Shown: positions 29,955 through 39,096 of the stretch, piece after piece
How the letters are laid out: each line of letters opens with the position of its first letter
How positions within the stretch are numbered: the first letter of the stretch is position 1
IMG/VR virus record: IMGVR_UViG_3300043394_000752
Location: 1-49,367 of that record
DNA: 49,367 bases
Reading direction: 5' to 3' (one strand)
Origin: a virus
Taxonomy: Duplodnaviria; Caudoviricetes
Position numbers and translations under genes: made by a program
Notes under the pieces: model-generated
What the model was told of the DNA's origin: nothing
The model's database searches: none
Seen by the model: the letters and a program-made list of their open reading frames with translations, nothing else

Positions 29955-30244
29955 ATTAAATTTTTTTTTGAATTTATGTTTAAACATTCCTGCTTTTTAT
30001 TTAATAACACCCGACATTTTTCATATTCTTCCATTTCTTCTAGAATGGTTATCGTGGCGTTTATTATCTCAATGAATAGTTCTAAATCATTTTCATAACT
30101 CAATACACTACATTTACTATTATACTCATTTATATCATCATTGTCAACATTTTGTAGAAAATCATATATTGTATTGATTTCTTCTTCACCATAGTTTCCC
30201 ACATGAAGTACTCTTGTTGCTTGTAATAAAAAAGATATTGACAT
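29951..30244 (-). CDS. hypothetical protein
   Basis: C-terminal EEYEKC UVR-like motif; start taken at MSISF. Confidence 0.6.
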   Translation of the reverse strand: MSISFLLQATRVLHVGNYGEEEINTIYDFLQNVDNDDINEYNSKCSVLSYENDLELFIEIINATITILEEMEEYEKCRVLLNKKQECLNINSKKNLI

Positions 30245-30260
30245 ACAGATAAATAGTGGT

Positions 30261-30578
30261 TCAAATATTGTGTAACCGTTTATCCAATAATTTAAAGCAT
30301 TCCATGAACCCAACACCTTCAATTTGTTCTCTTGTTCGCATTGAATCGTCACCTAAACCGATAACAATACCTGAAAGAGATATGGTGCAACCCCACTGGT
30401 CTTTACCATACATTTCTGTAGTCAAATAGATCCCTTCTTTATCAAAAAACCCGTATAACTTTTTTATATCATAAAATTCTAGTGTTGATATACTAATAAT
30501 TCCAACATTAGGGAACATTACGTCTCTAAATCTAGAGAATGCTCTTGGGTACAAATAATCTATACAATACCAATCCAT
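30261..30578 (-). CDS. hypothetical protein
   Basis: 105 aa ORF. Confidence 0.7.
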   Translation of the reverse strand: MDWYCIDYLYPRAFSRFRDVMFPNVGIISISTLEFYDIKKLYGFFDKEGIYLTTEMYGKDQWGCTISLSGIVIGLGDDSMRTREQIEGVGFMECFKLLDKRLHNI

Positions 30579-30663
30579 AGTATAACAAATATATCAAATA
30601 TCTATCTTGAATTACATAAAAAAATGATTTTTGTGAAAAAATAAAATACTTATTTTTATTAAA

Positions 30664-30897
30664 ATGGTTATACGAGAATTTTACTTAAACGAAGAAAACA
30701 CGGATTTGTATGTTGAATTTTCAACAAGGAAAGACCGTGACGATTTTTATCGAGTCTTGACATTAAGCCGACTTGATATCGAATATTATTCACCAACAAT
30801 TATTGAAGACCTTGACGATCTTGATGAAGACACGATAATTGATGTTTTAGAAGAATATATTAAGCATAATGGTTTACCTGAAGAAAAAATTTTGTGA
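30664..30897 (+). CDS. hypothetical acidic protein
   Basis: 77 aa ORF. Confidence 0.7.
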   Translation: MVIREFYLNEENTDLYVEFSTRKDRDDFYRVLTLSRLDIEYYSPTIIEDLDDLDEDTIIDVLEEYIKHNGLPEEKIL

Positions 30898-30908
30898 TAT
30901 TTATCAAT

Positions 30909-31277
30909 ATGGGATTCCTAAATGACAAACAGAAAGAACTTTTAACGGACTTTGTTAAATTCGTTAAAAAAGAGCTAGACCTAAAAAAATCACCTAAGGT
31001 TATGATTCAAAATGGTCGACAAGACCTTAAAACCACCGCACATTATAATTATGCTGCAGAGACTAAAATCATTCGTGTAAATGGTAAGAATAGGATGCTA
31101 GTGGACGTTATGCGTAGTGTTGCACATGAAATGGTACACCACAAACAATTTGAACAAGGTAGACTGAATGTAAAACCACCAGATATTGGGGGTGAAATTG
31201 AAGACGAAGCTAATGCTAAAGCAGGTCAATATATCAAAATGTTCGCGAAAGAGAACCCTTCTCTTTATGATGAATAG
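30909..31277 (+). CDS. small HExxH metallopeptidase-like protein
   Basis: RSVAHEMVHHKQ...EDEANA. Confidence 0.7.
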   Translation: MGFLNDKQKELLTDFVKFVKKELDLKKSPKVMIQNGRQDLKTTAHYNYAAETKIIRVNGKNRMLVDVMRSVAHEMVHHKQFEQGRLNVKPPDIGGEIEDEANAKAGQYIKMFAKENPSLYDE

Positions 31278-31372
31278 AGACCTTAGATATAATTCTTTAT
31301 TTTAATATCTAAAATGTGTATATTTTCTAGATATCAATCAAAGAAACCCAAATATATTGATATTTATAAAGT

Positions 31373-32383
31373 ATGAAATTAATAATTAGCGAAAAACAGC
31401 TACAACAGTTAGTTAAATTACACGCAAAATCTCAGGAACTTAGTGAAGAGGGGGAAGAAGGTGCACCAGAATCTGGTACATCTAGTGATGGGGAAAAGAA
31501 AACCGGGATGCCACATTGGGAGAGCGGGATTAATCGTGGTCCAGCAAATCAAATTGCGGTAACTAGATGGAAAGACGTGGAAGGTACTCAACCAACACGT
31601 GGTAAAGCAAATACTTTATGGGAACAAGAAACCGCATTTACCAGACAATTAGATAGACAATATAGCACATATGCTGGGGCACAAAAAGCAAATGCTGATA
31701 ATAAAAAATTAGTTAATGACATTATCAATATGGATCCTCATACACGTAACACTATTTTAGGTATTGCGGCTGGATTAGCAACTGGTGGTCTTGGTTGGAT
31801 TGGTATTGGTGTTGCGGCTGGATTTGGTCTTTATGACGCTAAACTTTATTATGATGAAGGTGATATGAAATCTGCTGGCTTATCTGCAATGTTTGCAATT
31901 ATACCTGGTGTGGGTACGTTATTAAATAAAATCCCGGGGGTTAAACAATTAGGGACTAAAGGAATGACATTGTTAGCTGATAAATTATCAAAAGGGTTAA
32001 AGATAACAAACCCACAAGAAATTACGGTTCTAAATGGTATCGCTAGAAACAAAATGTTAGTTCAGACAGAACTTAAGAAAACCGCAGAAGAAATTTCAAT
32101 AAAAGCAGCCAGATTGGCCGCGGAAAAGAAATTAAAACAACAAGCGATAAAGAAAGTAACAACAAATACCGCGAAAAAAACAGGTAAAGTCGTAGGTAAC
32201 ATTGCTAAAGATTTAGCAGTTTATGGCGCCGCTGGGTATGGTTATAATAAAGTGTATGATAAATTAGTTCAACCACAAGATGATTTATCTAATAGATTAT
32301 TTAATTCAAAAATAAAACCTACTATTCGTAAAGATGATGAATTTGAGTTAGTGAATGGTATATATGTCCCTAAAAGAAAATAA
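31373..32383 (+). CDS. putative virion/ejection protein with Gly-rich hydrophobic helices
   Basis: MKLIISEKQLQ leader; GIAAGLATGGLGWIGIGVAAG; AMFAIIPGVG. Confidence 0.6.
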   Translation: MKLIISEKQLQQLVKLHAKSQELSEEGEEGAPESGTSSDGEKKTGMPHWESGINRGPANQIAVTRWKDVEGTQPTRGKANTLWEQETAFTRQLDRQYSTYAGAQKANADNKKLVNDIINMDPHTRNTILGIAAGLATGGLGWIGIGVAAGFGLYDAKLYYDEGDMKSAGLSAMFAIIPGVGTLLNKIPGVKQLGTKGMTLLADKLSKGLKITNPQEITVLNGIARNKMLVQTELKKTAEEISIKAARLAAEKKLKQQAIKKVTTNTAKKTGKVVGNIAKDLAVYGAAGYGYNKVYDKLVQPQDDLSNRLFNSKIKPTIRKDDEFELVNGIYVPKRK

Positions 32384-32412
32384 AAATAAAAAAAAATAAA
32401 TAAAAGACAGTA

Positions 32413-33486
32413 ATGGATAGAAACATAATATTAGAAGATATTAACAGAATTAAAGAAATAATGAATATTGGGGTATCATTAAGTTCTTCTGAAGTAATTG
32501 AGGAGCAGTTAGCTAATTTATTCGGTGCATTAGAAAAAAATTTAATAACATCCACTGAAAAACAGTTAGGTAAAAAATTAGCTAGAGCAACTGATCAAGA
32601 AATACAAGCAATACTTGGAAAAGCAGAAATGTCGACAGTTAGAACCGCTCTAGCAAAAACTATTTACGAAAAACAAAAAAGAAAAATTAATGGGATTTTA
32701 AATAAATATAATTTATCCACAATTTCTGGATCAAAAAAAGCAACATTTGAACTAGAAGCTGTTGGTCTTAATCCTGAACTTACTAGTGATGTTATGTCAA
32801 CATATCGCGCAGCAAAACTAGCGTCGGGAAAAACAAAAACTAATGTTTCTACAAGTGCTGGTGGGAAAACGATGGTACCTAAACCAGCAGCACCAAAACC
32901 AGCCGCCCCTAAACAAAATTCAGTATTAAAACCAAAACCAAAAAATAATATTAAACCAATTACAACTGACGAATTACCACCAAATGCAGATGAAATCATT
33001 TTAAATACCGCAAAATCTAGCCCAGAAGCTGCAGCATTTATGCATAGGGTGGATGCTTTAGGTTTTAATAATAAAATCACACAACTATTGAAATTAGAAT
33101 ATGGAAGATTAGCTGATGTTTCAACTAGTGAAATAATTAAAGAAGGGAATGGTTTAGTTAAATATTTAAATGAAAAAAATTATGGTTGGATTCAACGTGG
33201 GTGGGCGTCATTTACTAAAAACCCAACAGGTAATGTTAAGGAGGCTGGTAAAACGACTGTACAATTAATATTATGGAAAACTTTAATAAGTTTAGCACTA
33301 GTTGGTTCGGCATATGTTTTGACATTTAAGCGTTATTTTGAGAGGGAAACTGGGGTTAAAGCATCGGATGCGTTACCATCATTACCTAACCTTAAATCAT
33401 CAAGTGGTGAGTTTACAAATAATGCAGATGAAAAATTAAATTTTGATAACCCAGAAGAATTAAAAAAACAACTAAATAAAAATTAA
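32413..33486 (+). CDS. hypothetical protein, C-terminal TM helix
   Basis: ILEDINRIKEIM leader; PKPAA repeat linker. Confidence 0.7.
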   Translation: MDRNIILEDINRIKEIMNIGVSLSSSEVIEEQLANLFGALEKNLITSTEKQLGKKLARATDQEIQAILGKAEMSTVRTALAKTIYEKQKRKINGILNKYNLSTISGSKKATFELEAVGLNPELTSDVMSTYRAAKLASGKTKTNVSTSAGGKTMVPKPAAPKPAAPKQNSVLKPKPKNNIKPITTDELPPNADEIILNTAKSSPEAAAFMHRVDALGFNNKITQLLKLEYGRLADVSTSEIIKEGNGLVKYLNEKNYGWIQRGWASFTKNPTGNVKEAGKTTVQLILWKTLISLALVGSAYVLTFKRYFERETGVKASDALPSLPNLKSSSGEFTNNADEKLNFDNPEELKKQLNKN

Positions 33487-33488
33487 TA

Positions 33489-34466
33489 ATGGAAGAAAAT
33501 AGAATTAGTTTATTTCAGGGGTTAAAACAGTTAAAACTTTATAATGGTAGTTATGGTTCATTCATTAAAAACTATTTTTCAAACGAAGAAAATGTTAAAG
33601 TATTATGGGAATCAATGATTAATAATGGAAAATACCATAAAACATTAAAAGATTTTTTTACTTTTTATGCTTGTGATTTATTTTCTAATTCAACATATTG
33701 TGGCGGTAGTGGTAAAGACACCGTAACAACCACACCAATTAAAACAACACAACAGTCATCTGTTTTTGGCTGTCTTTTTAGTGGTGACAATAGGGTTAAA
33801 AAAACAAGTGACCCAAAACAAGTAACGATAAAACTTGAGAATCAGAAATGGTTTTTTTGGGGTGATGGTGATTTCAGAGTGAAAGAAGGGAACGTTAAGT
33901 CACCAACAACGTCCAACTCGTTTAAAGGTAAATGGGTGTGCGAGGGTAACAATAACTTCAGAATTAACACAGATGATGGATACTCTTATTCATCTAAAAC
34001 AAAAGAGTGGGTTAAAAACTCAAATAGTGAGGCTAGTGTTGGCTCTAATACCATATCAATAAAACTTAGTGATATAAAAAACGGAACTAAATCTGTTAAA
34101 ATTGGAGCCAAAGGTTCTATAGTTACTAAGATTCAAGATCTTTTAATTGGTTTAGGTTATAATGACGTTAGTAATTCTGGTAAATCAGACGGAAATTTCG
34201 GACCAAAAACCGATGGTATGGTTAAGAAATACCAAAAAGATAATGGTTTAAAGGATGATGGTATTGTTGGCTCGAAAACAATTATTGCGTTGTTAGGTGG
34301 TAAATCTGATGCAACAAAAGTTGAACCAGCAGTTACGGCAACACAACCAGATAATATTCAAGGCACTGATGGTGTTATTATCAAAGAAAAAGAAAAGTTA
34401 GATATCTTACAAGAATCAGTAAAGAAATTATTACGTAAATCTTTGTTAGATTTTAGAAAGAAATAG
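33489..34466 (+). CDS. peptidoglycan-binding domain protein
   Basis: G.KG..V..IQ.LL...GY...DGNFGPKT..MVKKYQ..NGL.DDGIVG.KT. Confidence 0.8.
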   Translation: MEENRISLFQGLKQLKLYNGSYGSFIKNYFSNEENVKVLWESMINNGKYHKTLKDFFTFYACDLFSNSTYCGGSGKDTVTTTPIKTTQQSSVFGCLFSGDNRVKKTSDPKQVTIKLENQKWFFWGDGDFRVKEGNVKSPTTSNSFKGKWVCEGNNNFRINTDDGYSYSSKTKEWVKNSNSEASVGSNTISIKLSDIKNGTKSVKIGAKGSIVTKIQDLLIGLGYNDVSNSGKSDGNFGPKTDGMVKKYQKDNGLKDDGIVGSKTIIALLGGKSDATKVEPAVTATQPDNIQGTDGVIIKEKEKLDILQESVKKLLRKSLLDFRKK

Positions 34467-34489
34467 TTAAAGTTAGATATTTATAGTTA

Positions 34490-34592
34490 GAGTTGAAGCG
34501 GTTTGGTCACCGTTAAACAATAACTTGAAAATTAAACGAAAAGGAGGTGTTACTTATCTCGGCAAAGGGTCTTAGGACCTTTTGTTCGTTTA
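34490..34592 (+). ncRNA. candidate small structured RNA
   Basis: No ORF; follows TATTTAT; nested helices AAACGAA/TTCGTTT, GAGGT/ATCTC, CAAAGGGTC/GACCTTTTG. Confidence 0.4.
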
Positions 34593-34637
34593 TATAGGTA
34601 CCAAATAAAAAACCTATCCGAAGATAGGTTATTTTAG

Positions 34638-35043
34638 TGGAGATGAGCGGATTCGAACCGCTGTCTTTCCTGCTCAACAATAAATGACTACACGTTTATT
34701 CAGTTAATTCTCAACTGACAAATAATTGGTTCCTATTTTGACATCGTTACCAATAACTGTGTCGGATTCACTTGTGTTAAAGTAGCACCCTGAACGAGAC
34801 TCCTGGTAATTTTAGGGTGATACCGCACCTTGATAGCTTCTGTTCCTAGGTTATATACTATTCGACCCGGTGTAGTTTAGCGCTTAGGCTACTGCTACTT
34901 CAGAAGTTGCTAGTAAACCAGCTACTTCCATGTTGTTGTAAACGTTTCCGTCTAAAAGTTTCCACCATGTATTTAAGTCATAGATGAAGTCTGACTACGT
35001 GCCATTTACCCCTGACACCTGAAATCAATTCCAAGACATCCCC
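34638..35043 (-). ncRNA. ssrA: tmRNA
   Basis: 5' GGGGAUG..GGAAUUGA and 3' GACAGCGGUUCGAAUCCGC-UCAUCUCCA with a G3-U Ala determinant; internal tag ORF 34949-34884; promoter TATCTTTG at 35064-35071. Confidence 0.93.
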
Positions 35044-35128
35044 ATTAGGTAAATTTATTTATGCAAAGATATAAAAAAAAAGGTTAAAACAAAATCTTAA
35101 CCCTTTTTATTATTAAAAGTATCAAAAA

Positions 35129-35425
35129 TTATTTTTGTTTTGGTTTTCTACCTTTTCTAGTTTCACCTTTAGCAGCATCTGCAACATCTTTAGCTTGTTT
35201 AACAACTTCTTTAGCTGCTTTAACAACATCTGCGGCTTCTTCCTTAACACGTTTAACTTTTTTCTTAGCCACCTCAACGGTCTCTTTAACGTCAGCGATT
35301 TTTTCATCGATTGAATCTGGAATTCCATTATTGTCTTCGTCTTTAATAACGTTTTTCTTCATTAAAAAGTAGATAGTTGAAGCACCTATTAATAAACCTG
35401 CAAGGATAATTAGTAACATAGTCAT
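35129..35425 (-). CDS. membrane-anchored coiled-coil protein
   Basis: N-terminal TM helix, DEDNNGIPD, K/A/V-rich repeats. Confidence 0.75.
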   Translation of the reverse strand: MTMLLIILAGLLIGASTIYFLMKKNVIKDEDNNGIPDSIDEKIADVKETVEVAKKKVKRVKEEAADVVKAAKEVVKQAKDVADAAKGETRKGRKPKQK

Positions 35426-35462
35426 AGTATTTTAGTTTTTTATTTTATTTATAAATATATCT

Positions 35463-36980
35463 TTATCTAGAAGAATACAAAAATTGTATTAATCCGTTGA
35501 TTTGCTCTGGATTAGCTAATGGGATTTCTCTCGGCATCATCTTATGTTTTTTCAAGAAATGCATTGATGAGTTTTTAAAATCATCAGAGAATGTTTCAGA
35601 TGTTCTAATAGTTGATTCTTCAATACAATTTTCAATGTTATCTAAAAAGTTACCAGAATCAGCAATATCAGCAAACCACCAGAATGGTGTTGTTAAATTC
35701 TTTTTAGCCGCCATATATGTGTGGTCAACATGTTCCCAAGCATTTTTAAAACCAGGATCCATCATGCCGATTGTTTCAATAACTTCTCTTCTATAATATG
35801 AAAATGCACCAACACAATTTGGATATAACGCTAAAGCAATTCCTTCTGGATATTTGATTACCTGTCTTGGATTTGGTTCCGATCCACCAGCTAATGATTC
35901 AAAGCCTTCCTTTCTTTTCATGTTTGCTGGTCCTTGCAATGCAAAGTTTAAATGTTTTACATTTGTAATAACCGAAGTTAGAATATAAGCGTCAAATACA
36001 TTTGAATCCTTAATTAAGACATCGTCTTCCATTAAGAATAAATGTTCACACCCAGCGTCCATTAATGCTTGTAATGCGGTGTTTTTTGCCCCACCGACCC
36101 CTTTATTTGTTTCATGTTGGATTATCGTGGCATTTTCCGGGTAACAACCTTCAGAATATGGTGTACCATCATTAACAATGTAAAAATGTTTAAGTTTGTC
36201 TGGAACAGTAAATGCACTTTGTTTAATTCTATCTTCAGAATTATATGTGACCATAGCAACACCAACTTTATCCCAATCAATAATCATTTTCTCAGCAAGT
36301 GTTTTATTATCGGTTAATCTAACTGGTAAAATATCTTTGAATTTGGTTTCAAACAATTTTTTGTTTTCTTCCCATTGTTCGTTTGTTTCTCCAACTGATT
36401 TATGAGTCACTTTAAGTTGTGTTGTAACACCAACTTTAACACCATTAACATGGTTGGTTAAACAGAATGGTACTTCATAAAAATGAAACCCCGGGAATTC
36501 AACATCAAAACGTTCTTTAATTCTTGATTTACTAACCGCGAATAATAAACCATCAATAGTTACGACTTCTTTTAAATCAGTTCCGAATGTTCCAGAATAT
36601 TTGTTTGTCCATCGTTTACCATCTTTTACATGTGAAACCTGACCGACCATCGATTCTTTCAAATCCCACCACTTACCATTCAAAAGATCTGTTGTCCCAG
36701 CAATCCCAATAATACCATATTCTGGGTTACGTTCAAACATCTTAATGATTTTGTTAGTAAAATTAGAAGTTTCTAAAATCAAATCATCATGCATAAAAAC
36801 AATGATATCATTCTGAGCTTCATCTAATGCTTTATTATAAAGTTGTGGTAAAGAATACTCGCCACTATTTTCAAAAACGATAATTTCTGTCTTAGGGTGT
36901 GAAAATGCTTTACTGACGTGCTTGATGTACTCGTCATTAATCTCTCTTGTTGAGATTACTACTGAAACTGTGTTATTCAT
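35463..36980 (-). CDS. tandem GT2-family glycosyltransferase
   Basis: FMHDDL...IDGL..FHFY domain followed by IVNDG..NKGVGGAKN..LMEDD domain. Confidence 0.85.
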   Translation of the reverse strand: MNNTVSVVISTREINDEYIKHVSKAFSHPKTEIIVFENSGEYSLPQLYNKALDEAQNDIIVFMHDDLILETSNFTNKIIKMFERNPEYGIIGIAGTTDLLNGKWWDLKESMVGQVSHVKDGKRWTNKYSGTFGTDLKEVVTIDGLLFAVSKSRIKERFDVEFPGFHFYEVPFCLTNHVNGVKVGVTTQLKVTHKSVGETNEQWEENKKLFETKFKDILPVRLTDNKTLAEKMIIDWDKVGVAMVTYNSEDRIKQSAFTVPDKLKHFYIVNDGTPYSEGCYPENATIIQHETNKGVGGAKNTALQALMDAGCEHLFLMEDDVLIKDSNVFDAYILTSVITNVKHLNFALQGPANMKRKEGFESLAGGSEPNPRQVIKYPEGIALALYPNCVGAFSYYRREVIETIGMMDPGFKNAWEHVDHTYMAAKKNLTTPFWWFADIADSGNFLDNIENCIEESTIRTSETFSDDFKNSSMHFLKKHKMMPREIPLANPEQINGLIQFLYSSR

Positions 36981-37676
36981 CTATATAAAATTTATTGTAT
37001 TTGTAATTGGATTCCAATCAAAAGTCATTGGTTTCTGTGTGTATTCATATCTCTCATCTAATACTGATGCATTGAAGAAATGGGTACCATCTTTAAATTC
37101 GTAACCATAACCACTATGTATATGCCCACACAAATGGATCTTTGGTTTTAAACGTTCGATTCTTTCGGTCAATAATTCACAACCTAAAGCATCCCAAGGT
37201 CTACCTACAACGGTATCTAACGTGCCATGTGCTGGCCCATGTGTAATAAGAATATCAGTGTCATCAGGAATAGCTTCCCATTTACCAGCTAGCTCAATAC
37301 CATTTCTAGGTAAATTAAACGCCCAACCATAAAATTCTGGTTGCCAAGGTGAACCGTATATTTTGACCATATTATCATCATCGCCAACCTTAATCCACTC
37401 GTCTTGTAAATAATCAATCGTTTTATATGATTTAACAATTTCCATAGATTTTTCAGGGTCATCTTGGAACATTCTATCATGATTACCACCAATGAATATT
37501 TTATTATCATATTGTTTTAGTGAATCATACCATGTGCAGAAATCTTCAATATCGTTTTTATTATAACCAGAATTCATGAGGTCTCCCGCATGAAGTAATA
37601 GATCACCACCAGGTAAATCGTCCATTGGAATTAACCCATGTCTTGTGTGGGTATCCGAAATAAGTGTAACTCTCAT
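36981..37676 (-). CDS. metallophosphoesterase (MPPED/239FB-like)
   Basis: SDTH, HAGD, GNHD, THGP, GHIH; promoter TATATTTG at 37681-37688. Confidence 0.9.
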   Translation of the reverse strand: MRVTLISDTHTRHGLIPMDDLPGGDLLLHAGDLMNSGYNKNDIEDFCTWYDSLKQYDNKIFIGGNHDRMFQDDPEKSMEIVKSYKTIDYLQDEWIKVGDDDNMVKIYGSPWQPEFYGWAFNLPRNGIELAGKWEAIPDDTDILITHGPAHGTLDTVVGRPWDALGCELLTERIERLKPKIHLCGHIHSGYGYEFKDGTHFFNASVLDERYEYTQKPMTFDWNPITNTINFI

Positions 37677-37798
37677 ATGTCAAATATACTATTTTTTATT
37701 TAAAAAACAAAAAAAAGGACCAAATTTCTTTGATCCTTTATTGGGGCCGACAGTTTAAGGACGACGCTTCCACCACTTGGTTTTAAGACACCAAGAAA

Positions 37799-38245
37799 CT
37801 ATTTTCCAAGAATCTCAGAAATTGCTTCAAGTTCCATTTGTGCTTTTAATTCTGGTGAAATAATTGCATTTAAACGAGCTTCAATTTCGGCCAATTCTTT
37901 ACGTTTTTCTTGAATTGAAATTTGATTAACTCTTGTTTGGAAGTCATTCTTCCATTCATCTAAAGTAAATCCTAACCATGTAAAATTATAATCAACGCCT
38001 AGTTCTTTACTAGCATCTTCAGATTTATTTTTACGATCTAATAGAAACGCATACATGTCAACAAGTTTCCTTGTATCTAATATTGTTTGAATGTTTACAC
38101 GCTCATGAGCTGAATTTGGTGAATAACCAAACATACCGCCAGTTAACCAACATGGTCTTTCTGCTTTCTCAATCGCTAATTTTTTTTCTTGAACTGTATT
38201 GAACAATTCTCTTACTTTTTCATCTGTTGTTTTTGATGTTGCCAT
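37799..38245 (-). CDS. helical hypothetical protein co-oriented with the TROVE-like/TerD locus
   Basis: Start MATSK at 38245 (the longer track ORF overlaps the tRNA-like gene); W.GF..DEW..D and coiled-coil C-terminus. Confidence 0.8.
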   Translation of the reverse strand: MATSKTTDEKVRELFNTVQEKKLAIEKAERPCWLTGGMFGYSPNSAHERVNIQTILDTRKLVDMYAFLLDRKNKSEDASKELGVDYNFTWLGFTLDEWKNDFQTRVNQISIQEKRKELAEIEARLNAIISPELKAQMELEAISEILGK

Positions 38246-38283
38246 TTTTTGTTGTTTTAATTGTTGTTTATTGTTTATTATAG

Positions 38284-38410
38284 GAGGGTGGGTGAGATTC
38301 GAACTCACGACCACGAGGTTAACAGCCTAATAGAAGTAACTGTGAATATAGCCATATAAACGGTAATTAAACCAGTGAATACGTGCTCTACCAACTGAGC
38401 TACCACCCTC
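38284..38410 (-). ncRNA. tRNA-Asn(GTT)-like RNA with 53-nt module inserted in the anticodon stem (array unit 1)
   Basis: Acceptor, D arm, T arm and CUGUUAA loop intact; insertion 38329-38381 carries GGCUA and UUACUUCUA. Confidence 0.8.
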
Positions 38411-38420
38411 ATTTTAAATT

Positions 38421-38493
38421 AATCGGAAATCACTAATCTATAAAAAGTCAAATTTGTAGTTTGATATAGAAGTAAGATTTTGTGTAGCCGATT
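38421..38493 (-). ncRNA. structured RNA array unit 2 (anticodon-stem-loop cargo, ACA)
   Basis: AAUCGG/CCGAUU, CAC/GUG, AAUCU/AGAUU helices; UCAAA-CUACAAA-UUUGA. Confidence 0.75.
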
Positions 38494-38498
38494 TAAAA

Positions 38499-38631
38499 TT
38501 TTAATGGAAACTGTGCTGGTTAATTGTTATGGTTGCGGCGAAGCTGAGTTCCCCGCAGATGATGTAGAAGTAACCAGTCCGTGGTTGTTATGTATATATT
38601 ATACCAATTCACGCCCACATAGCCATTAAAA
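38499..38631 (-). ncRNA. structured RNA array unit 3
   Basis: UUUUAAUGG/CCAUUAAAA, UGUG/CACA, CUGGU/ACCAG helices; UUACUUCUA; extra hairpins. Confidence 0.75.
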
Positions 38632-38638
38632 TATAATG

Positions 38639-38740
38639 TATTTGGAGATTAGTTGTGTAAAAATCTTACCCTGTTACAGGTATGACTTGGATTCGAACCA
38701 AGATTAACCATATAGAAGTAACACAAGCTATAGCCAAATA
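38639..38740 (-). ncRNA. structured RNA array unit 4 (T-arm cargo)
   Basis: UAUUUGG/CCAAAUA, UUGUGU/ACACAA helices; CUUGG-UUCGAAU-CCAAG. Confidence 0.75.
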
Positions 38741-38763
38741 TTTTTTTCAAAGAACGTAATAAA

Positions 38764-38831
38764 AAACGGAAACTACAAATCTATTGTCAAATTAAAAGTT
38801 TGGATAGAAGTAAGAATATGTATAGCCGTTT
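38764..38831 (-). ncRNA. structured RNA array unit 5 (Lys-UUU anticodon-stem-loop cargo)
   Basis: AAACGG/CCGUUU, UACA/UGUA helices; CAAA-CUUUUAA-UUUG. Confidence 0.75.
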
Positions 38832-38838
38832 ATAAGTT

Positions 38839-38993
38839 TTGCGGAAAAAGTGTGTCTAACGTGTTATCTTTTATGTATGTTAGAAGTAAGACCTTTGTTC
38901 CTGTACTTTCCCCTATCTGTATCCAATCAGTTGAAACATCCCGTCTCAAGTAATTGGTGTTGGTTATCCTATTGGAATCTCACGTAGCCGCAA
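38839..38993 (-). ncRNA. structured RNA array unit 6
   Basis: UUGCGG/CCGCAA, GUG/CAC, GUCU/AGAC helices; UUACUUCUA; long insertion in the 5' arm. Confidence 0.7.
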
Positions 38994-39008
38994 TAATATT
39001 TTAAAAAA

Positions 39009-39072
39009 GTGGAAAGAGTGTATGTATGTTTTTACCAATTAAAAGTTTAGAAGTAACATAGCACATAGCCAC
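39009..39072 (-). ncRNA. structured RNA array unit 7 (CUUUUAA loop)
   Basis: GUGG/CCAC, GUG/CAC, UAUGU/ACAUA helices; UUACUUCUA-AA-CUUUUAA-UU. Confidence 0.75.
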
Positions 39073-39096
39073 AATATATTTTAATAATGGGTGATG

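Noticed and set aside
32878-32913. PKPAA-PKPAA-PK tandem repeat
   Set aside because: Ordinary low-complexity protein linker
38329-39072. CRISPR array interpretation of the TAGAAGTAA/TAGCC repeats
   Set aside because: Conserved blocks are only 9 and 5 nt, spacing is irregular, flanks base-pair within each unit, and no cas genes are in the window
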